The notes under the pieces are model-generated. The model did no database searches and was not told the origin of the DNA. It saw nothing but the letters and a program-made list of their open reading frames with translations. Made by a program: the position numbers and the translations under genes. Below, piece after piece: positions 28,022 to 40,042 of a stretch of DNA of 64,000 nucleotides. Every line of letters starts with the position of its first letter. Position 1 is the first letter of the stretch. The stretch is from an uncultured Nitrospiraceae bacterium (GTDB lineage: Bacteria > Nitrospirota > Thermodesulfovibrionia > Thermodesulfovibrionales > UBA6898), in contig CAWEQH010000010.1 of NCBI GenBank assembly GCA_963811165.1, forward strand, positions 224,001 through 288,000, written 5' to 3'.

Positions 28022-30864
28022 ATCCCCGGCCTATCGGCTACCCATTGTGTTCCGCACATATACTGGAAGTCGCACTTCGGACAACTTTTCTTTCTGTTCG
28101 AGGTGGCGGCAAATGGGACCGCCGAGTCAACGATCTCTTCCAGAAGGCCCAAGATCACCGTTCTTAATCCATCAAATTTCGAAATCTCATCATCCGTATC
28201 GAACAAAGGAAGTTCAATCTCTTTGTTTATCAATGACCGGCCGAGAAGCAAAAACATTCCTCTGAGGTCCTCTATTTTTGTGCCGTGGCGCATAGAATAG
28301 AGGATGAGATAAAAAGGGAGCTGGAGGCTGCCGACGGCCCCATCCCAGGAAGCCCTGTCCTTAGGATCAAGCTTGTTGAAATTGATCTTCAGGTTCTTTG
28401 CATAGGAACCACTTTTATAATCGACTATGCAGATCTTATCGTCCCTTTTTTCGATTAAGTCCAGCCGGCCTTTGAGCTTGTAGGAGCTGAGAGTTGCTTC
28501 GATAGGCTCTTCCACCCCGATAAGCGTCACCTTCTTTTCCTTGATGGAGGGTATGCGGTATTTGCTGAGATAGTCTCTCAGGTGTGCTTTGATCTGGGCC
28601 TTCAGAAGGTACACGGCGCCGGTAAGGTTAGTGCCATATTCCCTGCCGAAAAGGACGCCGATCAAATTGTCCATCTCCTCCAGATCGATATCCGCTTCTT
28701 TGAGAACTCTATTGAGCCTTCTTGAGAAATATGATGAAAGAACGCGGTGGACGAACTTGCCGACATCGGCCCTTTCGATTTCCCCCGTGATCTCCTCCTT
28801 CTTCCCGAGATCAAGCACGTAACGGTAGTAAAACTGAAGCGGGCAATTGAGATATGTGTCAAGGGTCGTGGCACTGTAGGTGAAATCTTTCAAGAAGCTC
28901 GACTACCCTGTCGGTTTTAGGAATGCTCGTAGGGGTATCGTTCCCGAGCTTTACTTTGTACTGGACAGCCTGCACATAGTCGCTTGCTCTGGTAGATCTG
29001 TCCCTTTTCTGTCTTTCCCATAGGAGACTTTCTACGAAGCGCGATCTCTCCTTGGTATCATTCTCTACAAAGAAAATATGGACTTCCTTGGCGCCTCTCA
29101 CGAGATTATCGAAATAATAGGCCGACAGTTTGTCTCTGTCCAAATAGGTAGGCAGTTTCAGGATCTCCCGTGCCTTGAAAGGCAGAAGCGTATCCTCTTT
29201 AGAGGTGTCCGGGATCACCTCTTCATTAGCATCGAGAATAAACACAGTGTCGAACCTGATGTTTCTCGTTTCAAGGAACCCGAGGATCTGGACACCCTTG
29301 AGCGGGGTGCCGGGAAAGGGCACATGACCCATCATAATGTATTTTCTCACAAAGGTGAAGTAGCTTGTCCTGTCCGCAAACGACATGTCCTTCATCAAGG
29401 ATTTGGAGACTGTGTCCAAGGCCCTTATGAAGGACTCCGAAAAAGGGTAGAAGAGAGGATGAAGTCTCGCGGTACTGTTATTGAGGACAAATGTGAGAAG
29501 TTCGGTGCATTTTGCGGCGAAGTCCCCGATGTCCCTGAAGGAGAGAAATTTCTCAATTGTATTGAGATGGACCATCCTTAAGTGTCCCCTGATCTCAGCC
29601 CTGGTCATGCCTTCCTCTTCCTGGCGAAGCTTGCCCTCGATACCGTTGAGTATCCTTTCGTCGTTCTCCATCTCCGACAGGGTCGCAAACATTCTGGTCC
29701 TCGATTTTTGGAGTATCTCCTCTACGGTGTGAAATATGATCCTTGTGATCTCGGCGTTCCCCTTGCAGTAAATATTCTTCATGTACGGGTGCAGCACGAA
29801 TTTCATATAGTCGGGGACGTAAATACGGTCGTCTTCCATGGAGCCGATCAACTCCATGAGATTGTTAAGAAAGCCGAAGACCGGCGTCCTGTGCAATGGA
29901 TATCCAAGCGAAATGTTAAAAGCGTCCTTGTCTATACAGGTCATTCCCTGCCGGAGAAGGGGGAATAACGTCTCTGAAGACGGCAGTACGATTGTGGTTC
30001 TTTCGTCGGACAATATTTTTTTCTCCGAGTTTCCCCTGAGAATACTTCCAAGGGCGAAGACCTGGCCGTGGGTATCGGGGCTGCTGTAAAAATGGATTTC
30101 CGGCTCAGGGTCGAGACGGTCCGGCATTCCCGGTTTCTATTCCCAGTTCCGAGAGCCGATCTCCTAGGCCGGGGCCGTCCTGGAATATGAAGAGTACTTT
30201 TTTGTTCGGCAGCAGCTTCCTGAAGAGGTCCTTCTCGCTTCTGGTCAACGCATAGAATCCCGCGAATACCACCTTTTCAAACCTGTCAATGCCGCTTTCG
30301 AGGACCCTCTCTGCCATGCGGTATCTCATAGATCTGGTCGCCATGCCCAATTGGGACATTTTCTCGTAAAAGGTCTCGTAGAAAAAATGCAATGATTGAA
30401 GTCTCGCCAGCGCATGTTTGGGTATCACTTCATCGGTGAAGGGCTGGATTTCCTTTACCATGGCAGGAGGCACCCCCTCGATATAGAGCTCCTCAATGTC
30501 CGTGAAAAGCTTTATTCCAAGGGAAAAGAAACTATCGAGGGTGAGGAACATCTCTCCCCCAAGGGGTTTCGGGGCGCTCTTATGGATCTGGTAGAGGATG
30601 GCAATGGCATCGACCGTCTCCACATCCCTCGCGGGGTATACGGCTTCCGTAACGAAATCCATGAATCCGTCTATGGAAAGGATCAGGGGAGGTATGAAGC
30701 TGCCTTCTCCCTTTTGTGCTAATTCCCTTCGAAGGAAATGTGCCGGTCTTCTGCCTGGAAACACGACAAGGTTCCGAGAGTAGTCTTTCCCGTGAGGGCC
30801 AATAAGGCCTGCTGTCTTTTCGATAAGGTTTTCCTGCAGGACCTACGATCAGCGTGTTACTCAT
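28018..30864 (-). CDS. AddB-like PD-(D/E)XK nuclease subunit, split by ~3 apparent frameshifts
   Basis: ORFs 30105-30764, 28859-30127 and 28018-28893 are colinear; GFLETR, YLNCP...GRLD...DYKSG...QL..Y...CPKC....C (four-Cys Fe-S staple). Confidence 0.85.
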
Positions 30865-33800
30865 GTGCCCTGATTTCTCCGAGGTCTATATAAACGATCC
30901 TGCCTTCCAGGAGTCTGCCGGGATAAATGTCCTTCGCGATCTTCATATATTTTCTCATTTGTGCGCTGTATTTCTCCTCAGCCCAACCTTCTCCCCCGGT
31001 CTTGAAATCCAGGATCGTGACCCTTTCGGGGTCGATCACGACTCTGTCCATCCTAAAGAGATGTCCCTCCTCATCCGAGAATTCCTGCTCCCTTTTCACC
31101 TCTCTCCCGAAACGGGGCTCGAAGTAGGTCGCAATCTCCTTGCGTCCGAATAGGCGAAGAAGAAGGTCTTTCACTCCCTCCGCGTCTGACTCTGACGCTG
31201 TTTCTACGGTTACTTTTCTGATGATCTTCTCAAGCACGCTTTCCATGTCATCATGCAGATACTCCACATGGGAAATGACCCTGTGGATGAATTCTCCCCT
31301 CGCTCTCTCCTCGGACGCTTATCATCTCGTCCGTTCTGAGCCCTGCTTCTACTTGTTTAGGGTGATGTCTTACACTGAAGACCTCGGAAGATTTTGCGGC
31401 AGGAATGTCACACCTGTCAGGTTTTAGCGCGGCCGCAAAGTCGCTTGCGGGAAGGAGATCGAAGGGAAATGTCTCGCTTCCGCCCTTTACCCCGATTACG
31501 TAGAGCTCTTCTTTTGCCCGCGTGAATCCTACGTACAGGTTGTTTAGCCTGTTCACATTTTCCTTTGTCGCTTCCTCCTCATACAACCTCTCGAACGCGG
31601 GATCGCTGACCATGGTCTTCTTGTTGATCTTGAGCAGCCGCACTCCATCTTCCTCCTCCTCTATGATATAGTCAAACCCCCTGTTCCTGCCTTCATAGAG
31701 AAGTACAATAACTGCGGGGAATCCGAGCCCCTTTGCCTTATGGATCGTCATCACCTTGACAGCGTCAAGGGCCTTGGGGACATCCATATTCCACTCTGAC
31801 TCGCCGCTGTCGCTGTCGCCTGCGAAGTCAAGGAAGTCCCTGATGCTGTTGTATCCGGCCCCTTCGAACTCCTTGACCGCTTCGAGGATCTTTACCAGGG
31901 CCGCCTCTTCGTCCCCCAGTGTCTCAAAGACCCTGAAGACAGCGTAAGCCTCTGTCACAAGGTCGTAGATCGGAAAATACCCGGAGACCTTGAAAAGTCC
32001 GGCGAAGTATTTCTCCCATAAAAAGGAGAACTCCTTCTGGAACGCCTTGTAAAACGGAGGGTCCTGTCGATATGCAAAAAGAAACTCCCGGAGTCTGTCG
32101 GGAGTAATGTCAGGATGGTCAGCATGGAGCAAGGCGCCGAAAATATCTCCGTGTATGAAGGTAGAAAAAGAAAGGTCATCCATGGGCGAATCAAGGAAGT
32201 GCAGGAGCGCAACGATCTCGCCGGTTATCTTCCTTCTCCGTATGTCGAGGTTGCTGTATGAAATGAATTCGATGTTCTTTTCATTCAGCCAAAGGGTAAT
32301 CTTTACCACGTCTTCATTGCTGCGGGTCAGTATGGCTATGTCGCCGTAGCTGAACCCCCGCGATCTAAGCTGTGCGACAAGGTCCTGTATGACGCCGCGC
32401 TCCGGAATGGTCTCGTCATCTCTTTCCTGCAGCACCACTTCGCAGTATCCCTGAGAGCTGCCATCCCTGGCGCATTGGACGTAGTCCGTCAACCCGCTCC
32501 TAGACCCCGCCTCCTGGTACTTGCCATTTCCGGCCACAATCTCCTTAAATATTTTCTCATTGAACTCAAGGATCTTCCTTAGGCTTCTGCGACTCGTCGT
32601 AAGTTCTTTTACGTAATGCGCTGCGGAAGGGAAGGGGTTGGTGCGTTCATACTCTTTCATGATCGTGTAGTCGGCGTTTCGGAAGCCGTAGATTGCCTGT
32701 TTAGTGTCGCCTACAACGAAGAGGCTCCCGCCCTGAGACAGGGAGTTTTCGAAAAGGGGGAAAAGGTTGTGCCATTGAATCAGGGAAGTGTCCTGGAATT
32801 CGTCGACCAGAAAGTGGTAGATTGTCTCTCCCATCCTGAAATAGATGTCCGGGACGATCTCCTCGTTAAGGTATTGAGCAAGGTTTCTGCTTATGTCTTC
32901 GATAAATACCTTTCCCTGATGTCTTTTGACGGCTTCGACGATTTCTCTGAAAGATTCATATACCTTAAGATACGGCATGGAACGGGACCGGACGTGGAGG
33001 GCAATGTATTTGTTGATAAGACCGGTGGCCCTCTCCCACTGTCCGACGATCCCATCGAAAGAGGTCTGAAGGTCTGATCGGCCTTTCCCCGGCTTATTGA
33101 CAGGCGGGTTCTTTAGCCCTTTTCCGATCAGGTCCGCGAACCTTCCCTCCCTCACGAGATCGCCGATCGCCTTAAAAGAAGAGTTTGCACGACCCGCGAG
33201 CCCAGACTTGAGGACCGCTTTTTCAAGGTCCTCGACGGCAGTCCTTATTTCCTCTTTTATATCGTCAACGGCCCCTGAGTAGTCCTCTATCATAGGGATC
33301 TTGCCGGTCGCCGAGAGCTTTCCGTAGAGGCTTTTCACTTCTTCGAGCAGCGCTGATGAGGGGTCCCACATATAGGTCTCCTGACCCTGTTTTCCTTCCT
33401 GGATCGCCGCGATTATGTAGAGAAGGAGTTCTGCCTCCTTCGTGCCCTCCCTCACGTTTCTCAGGAAGAGATCGAAGGAGTATGCCATGAGTGGATCGCC
33501 ATTCATAAGGATATCGAACTCAGTGTTGAAGCCAAAGTCGATGGCCGAGGTCTTGAAGATCGACGTCATAAAGCTGTCTATGGTCCTCACCTCAAAATCG
33601 GCATAATCCCGGAGTATCTCCTCCACCATCTGCCCGGCCCGGTCGGCCAGTTTCTCACGGTCGAGGGAGACCGCCTCAAGCATTTGTTCGGTCAATTCCG
33701 GGTCGCGGAAATAAAGCAATTTGAGCCAGTCGATGATCTTTTCCTTCATCTCCTTGGCGGCATTGTTCGAAAAGGTAATTGCGAGAATATTCCGCAGTCT

Positions 33801-33944
33801 GTTCTTCGATATTCTTTCGGAAAGAATGAACTGAACGAACCTCTTCGTCAGCATGTGGGTTTTGCCCGAGCCTGCGGAGGCCTTCAGCACGGTAAAATGA
33901 GGGAATTTCAGCTCAGAGTCCTTTTCTATAATAGGGATTTCCAC
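30857..33944 (-). CDS. AddA-like UvrD helicase-nuclease, apparent frameshift near 31300
   Basis: ASAGSGKT, ITFSNNAA.EMK, TIDSF, VDEFQDT, VGDTKQAIYGFR, MTIHKAKGL, YVGFTRA; C-terminal RMDR...DFKTG in ORF 30857-31267. Confidence 0.9.
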
Positions 33945-34168
33945 GCTATCTCAATAGTACGCTCAAGAGATTTCATTTTTCAACTTTGCATTCCGAAGAA
34001 GGCCTGTCCGAATGCCCCTCCAGTTGAAATTTGTCGTGAAGTTGATAGTATGGAAGATAAGGATCATGCAATACTGCGAGGGGGCGTGGTCCTTTGTAGT
34101 GGCTGTCCACAGGAAAAAGCCGGATAATGTCCGGTTTTATATTTTTAATCAGGGGATAAGATTAAGAG

Positions 34169-35347
34169 ATGAACAGGACCTCAAGATTGATCGATGAGCC
34201 CAGGATGGAAAGGTCGAAAGGGCAGTCTTACGGCGTCGGCAAAGACAAGAAACTGGTCCGGGAAATACTCTCGGCTGCCGGAATTACCATTAACGGGGAC
34301 AGACCCTGGGACATCAGGGTCAGGGAAGAAAGGTTTTATTCGAGAGTGCTGCATAGCGGCAGTCTCGGCCTTGGAGAGTCTTATATGGAGGGGTGGTGGG
34401 AGTGTGAGAAACTGGATGAATTTTTCTCTAGAATTGTGCGAACCGATGCGGAAGAGAAAATAAAGAATTGGAAAGTTGTTCTTCATGCCCTAAAGGCGAA
34501 AATTGTCAATTTGAGCGGCAAATCAAGAGCGTTCGAGATTGGAGAGAAACACTACGATGTTGGCAATGAATTATACAGGGCGATGCTGGATAAGAGAATG
34601 GTCTATAGCTGCGGTTACTGGAAAGACGCTAAGAATCTTGACGAGGCGCAGGAAGCGAAACTCGATCTGATATGCAGAAAAATAGGGCTGCGGAGGGGTG
34701 AGAGAATACTCGATATCGGCTGCGGATGGGGCAGTTTCGCAAAGTACGCAGCGGAAAAATATGGCGTTGACGTGGTTGGTGTAACTGTATCGAAGGAACA
34801 GGCGTTACTCGGAAAAGAATTGTGTCAAGGATTGCCCGTTGACATCAGATTACAGGATTATAGGGAAATTGACGAAAAGTTTGATCACATAGTCTCTGTC
34901 GGCATGTTTGAACATGTTGGCTATAAGAATTACAGAACGTTTATGGACATCGTACACAAATGTCTAAGGGATAATGGGTTCCTTTTATTGCATACTATAG
35001 GAAATAATATCTCAGAAGTTACGACAGATCCATGGATTTATAAGTACATCTTTCCAAACTCATTGATTCCGTCGATGGCTCAGATCAGTAAGGCTGTCGA
35101 AGGGTTGTTCATCATAGAAGACTGGCATAATTTTGGGATTTACTATGATGCCACTTTGACCTCTTGGTACCATAATTTTATTAAGAGTTGGGATAAGTTG
35201 AAGGAATTCTATGATGAAAGATTTTTTCGAATGTGGAAGTATTATCTTTTAAGCAGTGCCGGATCGTTTAGAGGCCGGCATTTGCAAGTTTGGCAGATTG
35301 TGATGTCTAAAAAGGGAGTTTTGGGAGGGTATATTCCGATTTGCTGA
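34169..35347 (+). CDS. cfa: Cyclopropane-fatty-acyl-phospholipid synthase
   Basis: GSLGLGESYM.GWW, HYDVGN, YSCGYW, LDIGCGWG, SVGMFEHVG, YIFPN. Confidence 0.96.
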   Translation: MNRTSRLIDEPRMERSKGQSYGVGKDKKLVREILSAAGITINGDRPWDIRVREERFYSRVLHSGSLGLGESYMEGWWECEKLDEFFSRIVRTDAEEKIKNWKVVLHALKAKIVNLSGKSRAFEIGEKHYDVGNELYRAMLDKRMVYSCGYWKDAKNLDEAQEAKLDLICRKIGLRRGERILDIGCGWGSFAKYAAEKYGVDVVGVTVSKEQALLGKELCQGLPVDIRLQDYREIDEKFDHIVSVGMFEHVGYKNYRTFMDIVHKCLRDNGFLLLHTIGNNISEVTTDPWIYKYIFPNSLIPSMAQISKAVEGLFIIEDWHNFGIYYDATLTSWYHNFIKSWDKLKEFYDERFFRMWKYYLLSSAGSFRGRHLQVWQIVMSKKGVLGGYIPIC

Positions 35348-35436
35348 GTTGAGTCGTCTTTTATGCTGATCGCAATAATGAAAAACTTTGGAACACGAAT
35401 TTATTAGGACCATAGGATAGACGTCGCACTGAAGTT

Positions 35437-35472
35437 AAACGCTGCTGCCCGTCAGACGGGGAGCAGCGTTTT
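35437..35472. terminator. Inverted repeat between convergent cfa and prc, probable terminator
   Basis: AAACGCTGCT-g-CCCGTC-a-GACGGG-g-AGCAGCGTTT. Confidence 0.65.
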
Positions 35473-35659
35473 GGGGGCGTTGCTGCAAGTCGTTGCTTTT
35501 TTTGAGGGGTGGCGCGTCATTTCTTGCGTATTCGGGTTCAAAGCTCTGCCGTCGAGGACTGCGATGTTACAGAAGCCCAGGATATATCCTTGATGTTAGT
35601 TCATAGCAATTAATCAGCTGGACCTCGCTAGCTGTAGTTCTGTCAGCGGATCGGGATGA

Positions 35660-37927
35660 TCATTTGGGCGTGAGGGCGAAACTTGCTGCCGGCGCGTCAG
35701 TGACTGCGCGCCCGGCATTTTCAGAAATAACGTCGGTCAAAACAGCGATCCCCTCCTGGACATAGGGGTCCTTTTCCACTTCCTTCAGCCATAATTGCCG
35801 TCTTTTCTCATCCGAAAGGTTCGAAGCGTCCTGCTCTTTTTCACCGTCTTTTTTGACCGTTGATTTTTTTGCGTCGTGTTTTGCCTTCATTGCCGTCAAT
35901 GTTTTGCGCTCTTTGGCGGCCTCCGATATGTTGAGAGGCTGGAGCGTCTTTTTTTGTCTTTCGAGCAGTTCCCTGCTTTGTTCTGATATGTCCATGAATT
36001 CCTGCTCCGCACTTACCCTCTTATTGCTTCTCGCCCTCAGTTCCCGAAGGTCGATCCGAAAATCAGTCCATCTTGAATAAGGGACCGGCCGTATGGTGTC
36101 CCAGGGGAGGGCAAAATCGAGAAATTGCTCGCCGCTTTTGAGGCCCTGAAACTGGTCGGGCAGTATAATGTCTGGGGTAACACCGCGATACTGGGTCGAT
36201 TCCCCGGTGATCCTGTAAAACTTCTGGGTAGTAAGTCTCAGCGCGCCAAGGGAGCCGTCTTTCTTTATTTCCGCAGCGGTGTTGCCGCTGTGATAGGAAA
36301 AGAAATTGTCGAGATCGATTATCGTCTGGACCGTTCCCTTGCCGTGAGTGTGCTCGCCGCCTATGACAATGGCACGCCCGTAATCCTGGAGCGCTCCCGC
36401 AAGTATCTCGGAGGCCGATGCGCTGAATTTATTTACGAGTATCGCAACGGGTCCGGTGTAACTTATGTCGGGGTCATCGTCTGAGAGGACCGAGATTTTT
36501 CCGTCGCTTGCCTTTATCTGGACGACCGGGCCGGCCTTGATAAATAGTCCGGCTATTTTTACCGCGTCCATGAGGGCCCCTCCGCCGTTGTTCCTTAGGT
36601 CGATGATGAGGCCGCTCATCCCCGCGGTCCCTATCTTTTTTAGCTCCTTGATCACATCATCGGTAGAGTTGCGCCCGGCCCCGCCGTTTTTCGTATTTTC
36701 GAAGTCCCGGTAAAAAGAAGGTATCTTGATATACCCGAAGCTCCTGCCGCTCTTTTGGTCCTTCAAAGAGACGCCTTTTACAGAGGAATCTTCGAGTTTA
36801 ATCACGTCGCGCACGACGGAAACGACCAGTTGGGCGCCGCCGGGTTTTTTAATCGAAAGCGTTACTTCGGTGCCCTTTTTTCCCCTGATCAGCTTTACTG
36901 CGTCCCTGACACCCACAAAGGTGATATCGACAGGTTCCTTGTCCTTCTCGCCGACCTTAAGGATAATATCCTCTGCATGAATGTTTCCAGTCCTGGCCGC
37001 CGGACTGCCCGGAACGACGGACACCACTTTGATATATCCGTCTTCTTCTTTCAGCGAGGCGCCGATACCTTCGAGTGTCCCCCTCATATCGATGTCAAAG
37101 TCCTCTTTATTGGCCGGAGGCATATACTCCGTATGAGGATCGAAGGTCTTGGCGATCGCGTTAAAGAAACGCTCATAATTCTCTCTCTCTTTCGTCTCCA
37201 GGATCCTGGAGAAAAAAGTCTTGTGGCTGCGCAGTACCCGTTGACGCGCCGTCTGCTGAAGCGCCTCCGGATTCTGCGGTGCGTCCTTTCCGTCTTTATC
37301 CTCTGCCGAGGTGTTTTCACTCAGGGACAGATACTGCTGAAGTACCTGCAGTTTGAGATATTTCCTCCATCGTTCCCGTAAGTCTTTCTCAGTGTCGCAG
37401 TAAGCGGTCTTTTCCGGGTCGGTTTCGTAGTATTCATCGGTCGAAAAGTCAAAATCGCCGGCAAGGATCCCATCGGCTATCTTCTCTGCATCGGCAGCCC
37501 TTTTGGCAAGGATAGCGGCTGCCAGCTGTGGCAGCTCGAAGGTGCCGCTATTTATTTCGTCGTCTATTTTATCGGAATAGACCGAGAGCTTCTCTACGTC
37601 CTTTTTCAGGAGCAGGAGTTTTTGGCCGTCGAGTTGCTTGAGGTATTGAGAGAATGCCTCTTTCGAGAGGGTATCGTCGATCTTCTTGTGAGTGAAATGC
37701 AGGTTGCTCAGGTCCTGACGGAGGACGAAGGCAAGGACCTTTGCCCTCAGATATTCATGGTTTTCCGCCCCACTTCCGTAAGCGAGCGTTCCGCCAAAGA
37801 GCGAAAGAATAAGGACAAGGATGAGAAATCCCCTCAGAAGAAGCGATGTATTTGCGGCTCTCAGCGCGTTCGTCAGGGGAGTAGGGGGAACTCTTCTTTC
37901 AGGTATCGTTTCTCTGTTACTTCTCAC
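35660..37927 (-). CDS. prc: Carboxy-terminal processing protease (Prc/Tsp, S41, PDZ)
   Basis: FDPHT.Y, GIGA, PDZ, IDLRNNGGG, SASASEI, GKGTVQ, KFYRITG.STQ..GV.PDI. Confidence 0.93.
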   Translation of the reverse strand: MRSNRETIPERRVPPTPLTNALRAANTSLLLRGFLILVLILSLFGGTLAYGSGAENHEYLRAKVLAFVLRQDLSNLHFTHKKIDDTLSKEAFSQYLKQLDGQKLLLLKKDVEKLSVYSDKIDDEINSGTFELPQLAAAILAKRAADAEKIADGILAGDFDFSTDEYYETDPEKTAYCDTEKDLRERWRKYLKLQVLQQYLSLSENTSAEDKDGKDAPQNPEALQQTARQRVLRSHKTFFSRILETKERENYERFFNAIAKTFDPHTEYMPPANKEDFDIDMRGTLEGIGASLKEEDGYIKVVSVVPGSPAARTGNIHAEDIILKVGEKDKEPVDITFVGVRDAVKLIRGKKGTEVTLSIKKPGGAQLVVSVVRDVIKLEDSSVKGVSLKDQKSGRSFGYIKIPSFYRDFENTKNGGAGRNSTDDVIKELKKIGTAGMSGLIIDLRNNGGGALMDAVKIAGLFIKAGPVVQIKASDGKISVLSDDDPDISYTGPVAILVNKFSASASEILAGALQDYGRAIVIGGEHTHGKGTVQTIIDLDNFFSYHSGNTAAEIKKDGSLGALRLTTQKFYRITGESTQYRGVTPDIILPDQFQGLKSGEQFLDFALPWDTIRPVPYSRWTDFRIDLRELRARSNKRVSAEQEFMDISEQSRELLERQKKTLQPLNISEAAKERKTLTAMKAKHDAKKSTVKKDGEKEQDASNLSDEKRRQLWLKEVEKDPYVQEGIAVLTDVISENAGRAVTDAPAASFALTPK

Positions 37928-38008
37928 AATATTTTTATATTACAAATTTATTGCTTGCATTTGCAAACGGAGGGATGTTTGCGGCGACAATGTGTACTCT
38001 CCCGGGAA

Positions 38009-38089
38009 CACCGCCAAATTGCGGGTAATGGCACACCGTTCCACTACCAAATTTGTTAGTAATGGCACATTGGTCCCACTACCAAATTT
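38009..38089. repeat. Imperfect ~34-bp tandem repeat (about 2.3 copies) in the prc/tetR divergent intergenic region
   Basis: GTAATGGCACA at 38025 and 38059; CCACTACCAAATTT at 38041 and 38076; partial CACCGCCAAATT at 38009. Confidence 0.85.
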
Positions 38090-38093
38090 TCCG

Positions 38094-38147
38094 TTGACAA
38101 TGAAAAGGGGATTGTCCTATAGTAAAATGTAAGTAAGCGCTAACATT
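38094..38147 (+). promoter_or_regulatory. sigma70 promoter and candidate TetR operator
   Basis: TTGACA 38094-38099, TATAGT 38118-38123; imperfect palindrome AATGTAAGTAAGCGCTAACATT 38126-38147. Confidence 0.6.
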
Positions 38148-38156
38148 AATAGAGCG

Positions 38157-38786
38157 ATGACAAAGGACACGAAAGAGAAGATATTAGACGCCGGCCTGAG
38201 CCTTTTTTCCAAGAAGGGCTACCTCGGCGCGACAACGAAGGAGATCGCTAAAAAGGCGGGAGTGGCGGAACTGACGCTCTTCAGGCACTTCTCATCGAAG
38301 GAAAGACTGTTCGAGGAGGCGATAAAAAGGCGGTCTTTTCTTCCCACGCTTAAGGGTCTTTTGCCTGAGCTTAGGGGCCTGGCATATGCGGATGCCCTGA
38401 TCGAGATCGCGAACCGCTATCTCGAGAGGTTGTCAGAGAGAAGGGACCTTATAAAGATCATGCATTCGGAGATACATCTATACCCTGCAAAGGTGAGGGA
38501 GATCCAGCAAAAATTTGTAGGGGAAATAGTCGGTACGCTTGCGCAATACTTCAGAAGCCTTCAGGATAGACGCCTGCTGAAGGAGTTTGATCCTGAACTG
38601 GGAGCGCGGGCGTTTTTGAGTATGTTTTTTTCCTATTTTACCTCTCAGGAATTCATAGCGGACAAGAAACAGAGGTTTTCCGACAAGGATGAAGTGGTCG
38701 GTGAATTCGTAAAGATATTTATTTCCGGAACGATGGTGGCGAACCCAGGCGCTGAAGGCGGCCCCGGTGGCAGATGCGAACATTAA
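38157..38786 (+). CDS. TetR/AcrR-family transcriptional regulator
   Basis: ILDAGL.LF.KKGY..TT.EIAKKAGV...TLFRHF.SKE. Confidence 0.95.
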   Translation: MTKDTKEKILDAGLSLFSKKGYLGATTKEIAKKAGVAELTLFRHFSSKERLFEEAIKRRSFLPTLKGLLPELRGLAYADALIEIANRYLERLSERRDLIKIMHSEIHLYPAKVREIQQKFVGEIVGTLAQYFRSLQDRRLLKEFDPELGARAFLSMFFSYFTSQEFIADKKQRFSDKDEVVGEFVKIFISGTMVANPGAEGGPGGRCEH

Positions 38787-38837
38787 CACTCTCTTATTTC
38801 AAAAAAGATTAGTCACGAAAGGGTCAGGTTTACTGCA

Positions 38838-40041
38838 ATGAAAAAGATTTTTATCGGAATTGCTATTTTGGCAATTATAGGGGTTGGGGTCTTCTTCGTG
38901 CTCCGTGACAAGGGGAACGTTCCTCAATTCAGGACGGAAAAGATCACAAAGGGAGATTTAACAACAGTGATTACCGCAACGGGAACCATGAATGCGGTAA
39001 CGACCGTCCTTGTGGGCACACAGGTTTCCGGTACGATAAAGACGATCCATGCGGACTTCAATTCGCGCGTAAAAAAGGGACAGATGATCGCACAGATAGA
39101 CCCGGCCCTTTTCCAGGCGCAGGTCGAGCAGGCCAGGGCGAGCCTTGTCACCGCAAAGGCCAACCTGGCAAAATCGCAGGTGGCGGTTGTGGACACCAAA
39201 AGGACACTGGAGCGTAACCGCCAGCTTTTTTCGAAGAACCTCATCGCCCGGTCCGACCTCGATACGGCCCAGACCAACTATGACAGTGCAGTCGCCCAGG
39301 TGAATGCGAATAAGGCGCAGGTGGAGCAGGCTGCTGCGGCGCTTAGCACCGCCGAGACAAACCTGGCGTATACGCGCATACTTTCTCCGGTGGACGGCAT
39401 CGTTGTTTCGAGGAATGTGGACGTGGGCCAGACCGTTGCGGCGAGTTTCCAGACGCCCACGCTCTTCACCATTGCTCAGGACCTCACCAAGATGCAGATA
39501 GACACGAGCGTGGCGGAGGCGGACATCGGAAGCATAAAGGTCGGTCAGGATGTTGAATTTACCGTTGACGCCTATCCTGACAGCACCTTCAAGGGCAAGG
39601 TGTGGCAGATCAGGAACGCGCCGATCACGGTCCAGAATGTTGTCACCTATGACGTTGTCATAAGGTGGACAATCCAGAGTTGAAGCTTAAGCCGGGGATG
39701 ACCGCCAATGTTTCGGTCATCATGTGGACGAAAAGAAAGACGTCCTGAAGATACCGAATGCGGCCCTGAGGTTCAGACCGTCCGAAGGAAAAAGGGCGGG
39801 ACGGCTGATCTGACAAAGGAGGTTCGGCTGCGAAGGCTAAAGGCGGAACAGGCGAAAAAGGACCGGGTGTATGGGTCACTCGAAAACGAAAAACCCAAAC
39901 GCATTCCAGTAACTGCGGGCATAAGCGACGGCAGTTATACGGAACTTCTCTCAGGCGGACTCAAGGAAGGACAGGAAATAATAGTGGAGTCCCTTATCAA
40001 GGCAAAACATCAGTCGTCCTTCAGGCCCGAGGATGTTCTGA
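38838..40041 (+). CDS. MacA-like periplasmic adaptor, frameshifted in the C-terminal third
   Basis: VGTQVSG.I, VKKGQ.IAQID, I.SPVDG.V, GQTVAASFQTP; LKPGMTANV and IPNAALRF in shifted frames. Confidence 0.85.
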
Positions 40042-40042
40042 T

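Noticed and set aside
28018..33944. Helicase plus PD-(D/E)XK nuclease as a defence system or Cas4
   Set aside because: Sizes, motifs and order fit housekeeping AddAB, and the neighbours are core genes.
38009..38089. Possible mini-CRISPR array, or sigma54 promoters (TGGCAC present twice)
   Set aside because: Linkers are only 4-6 nt, there are about two units and no cas genes; neither TGGCAC has TTGC at the -12 position.
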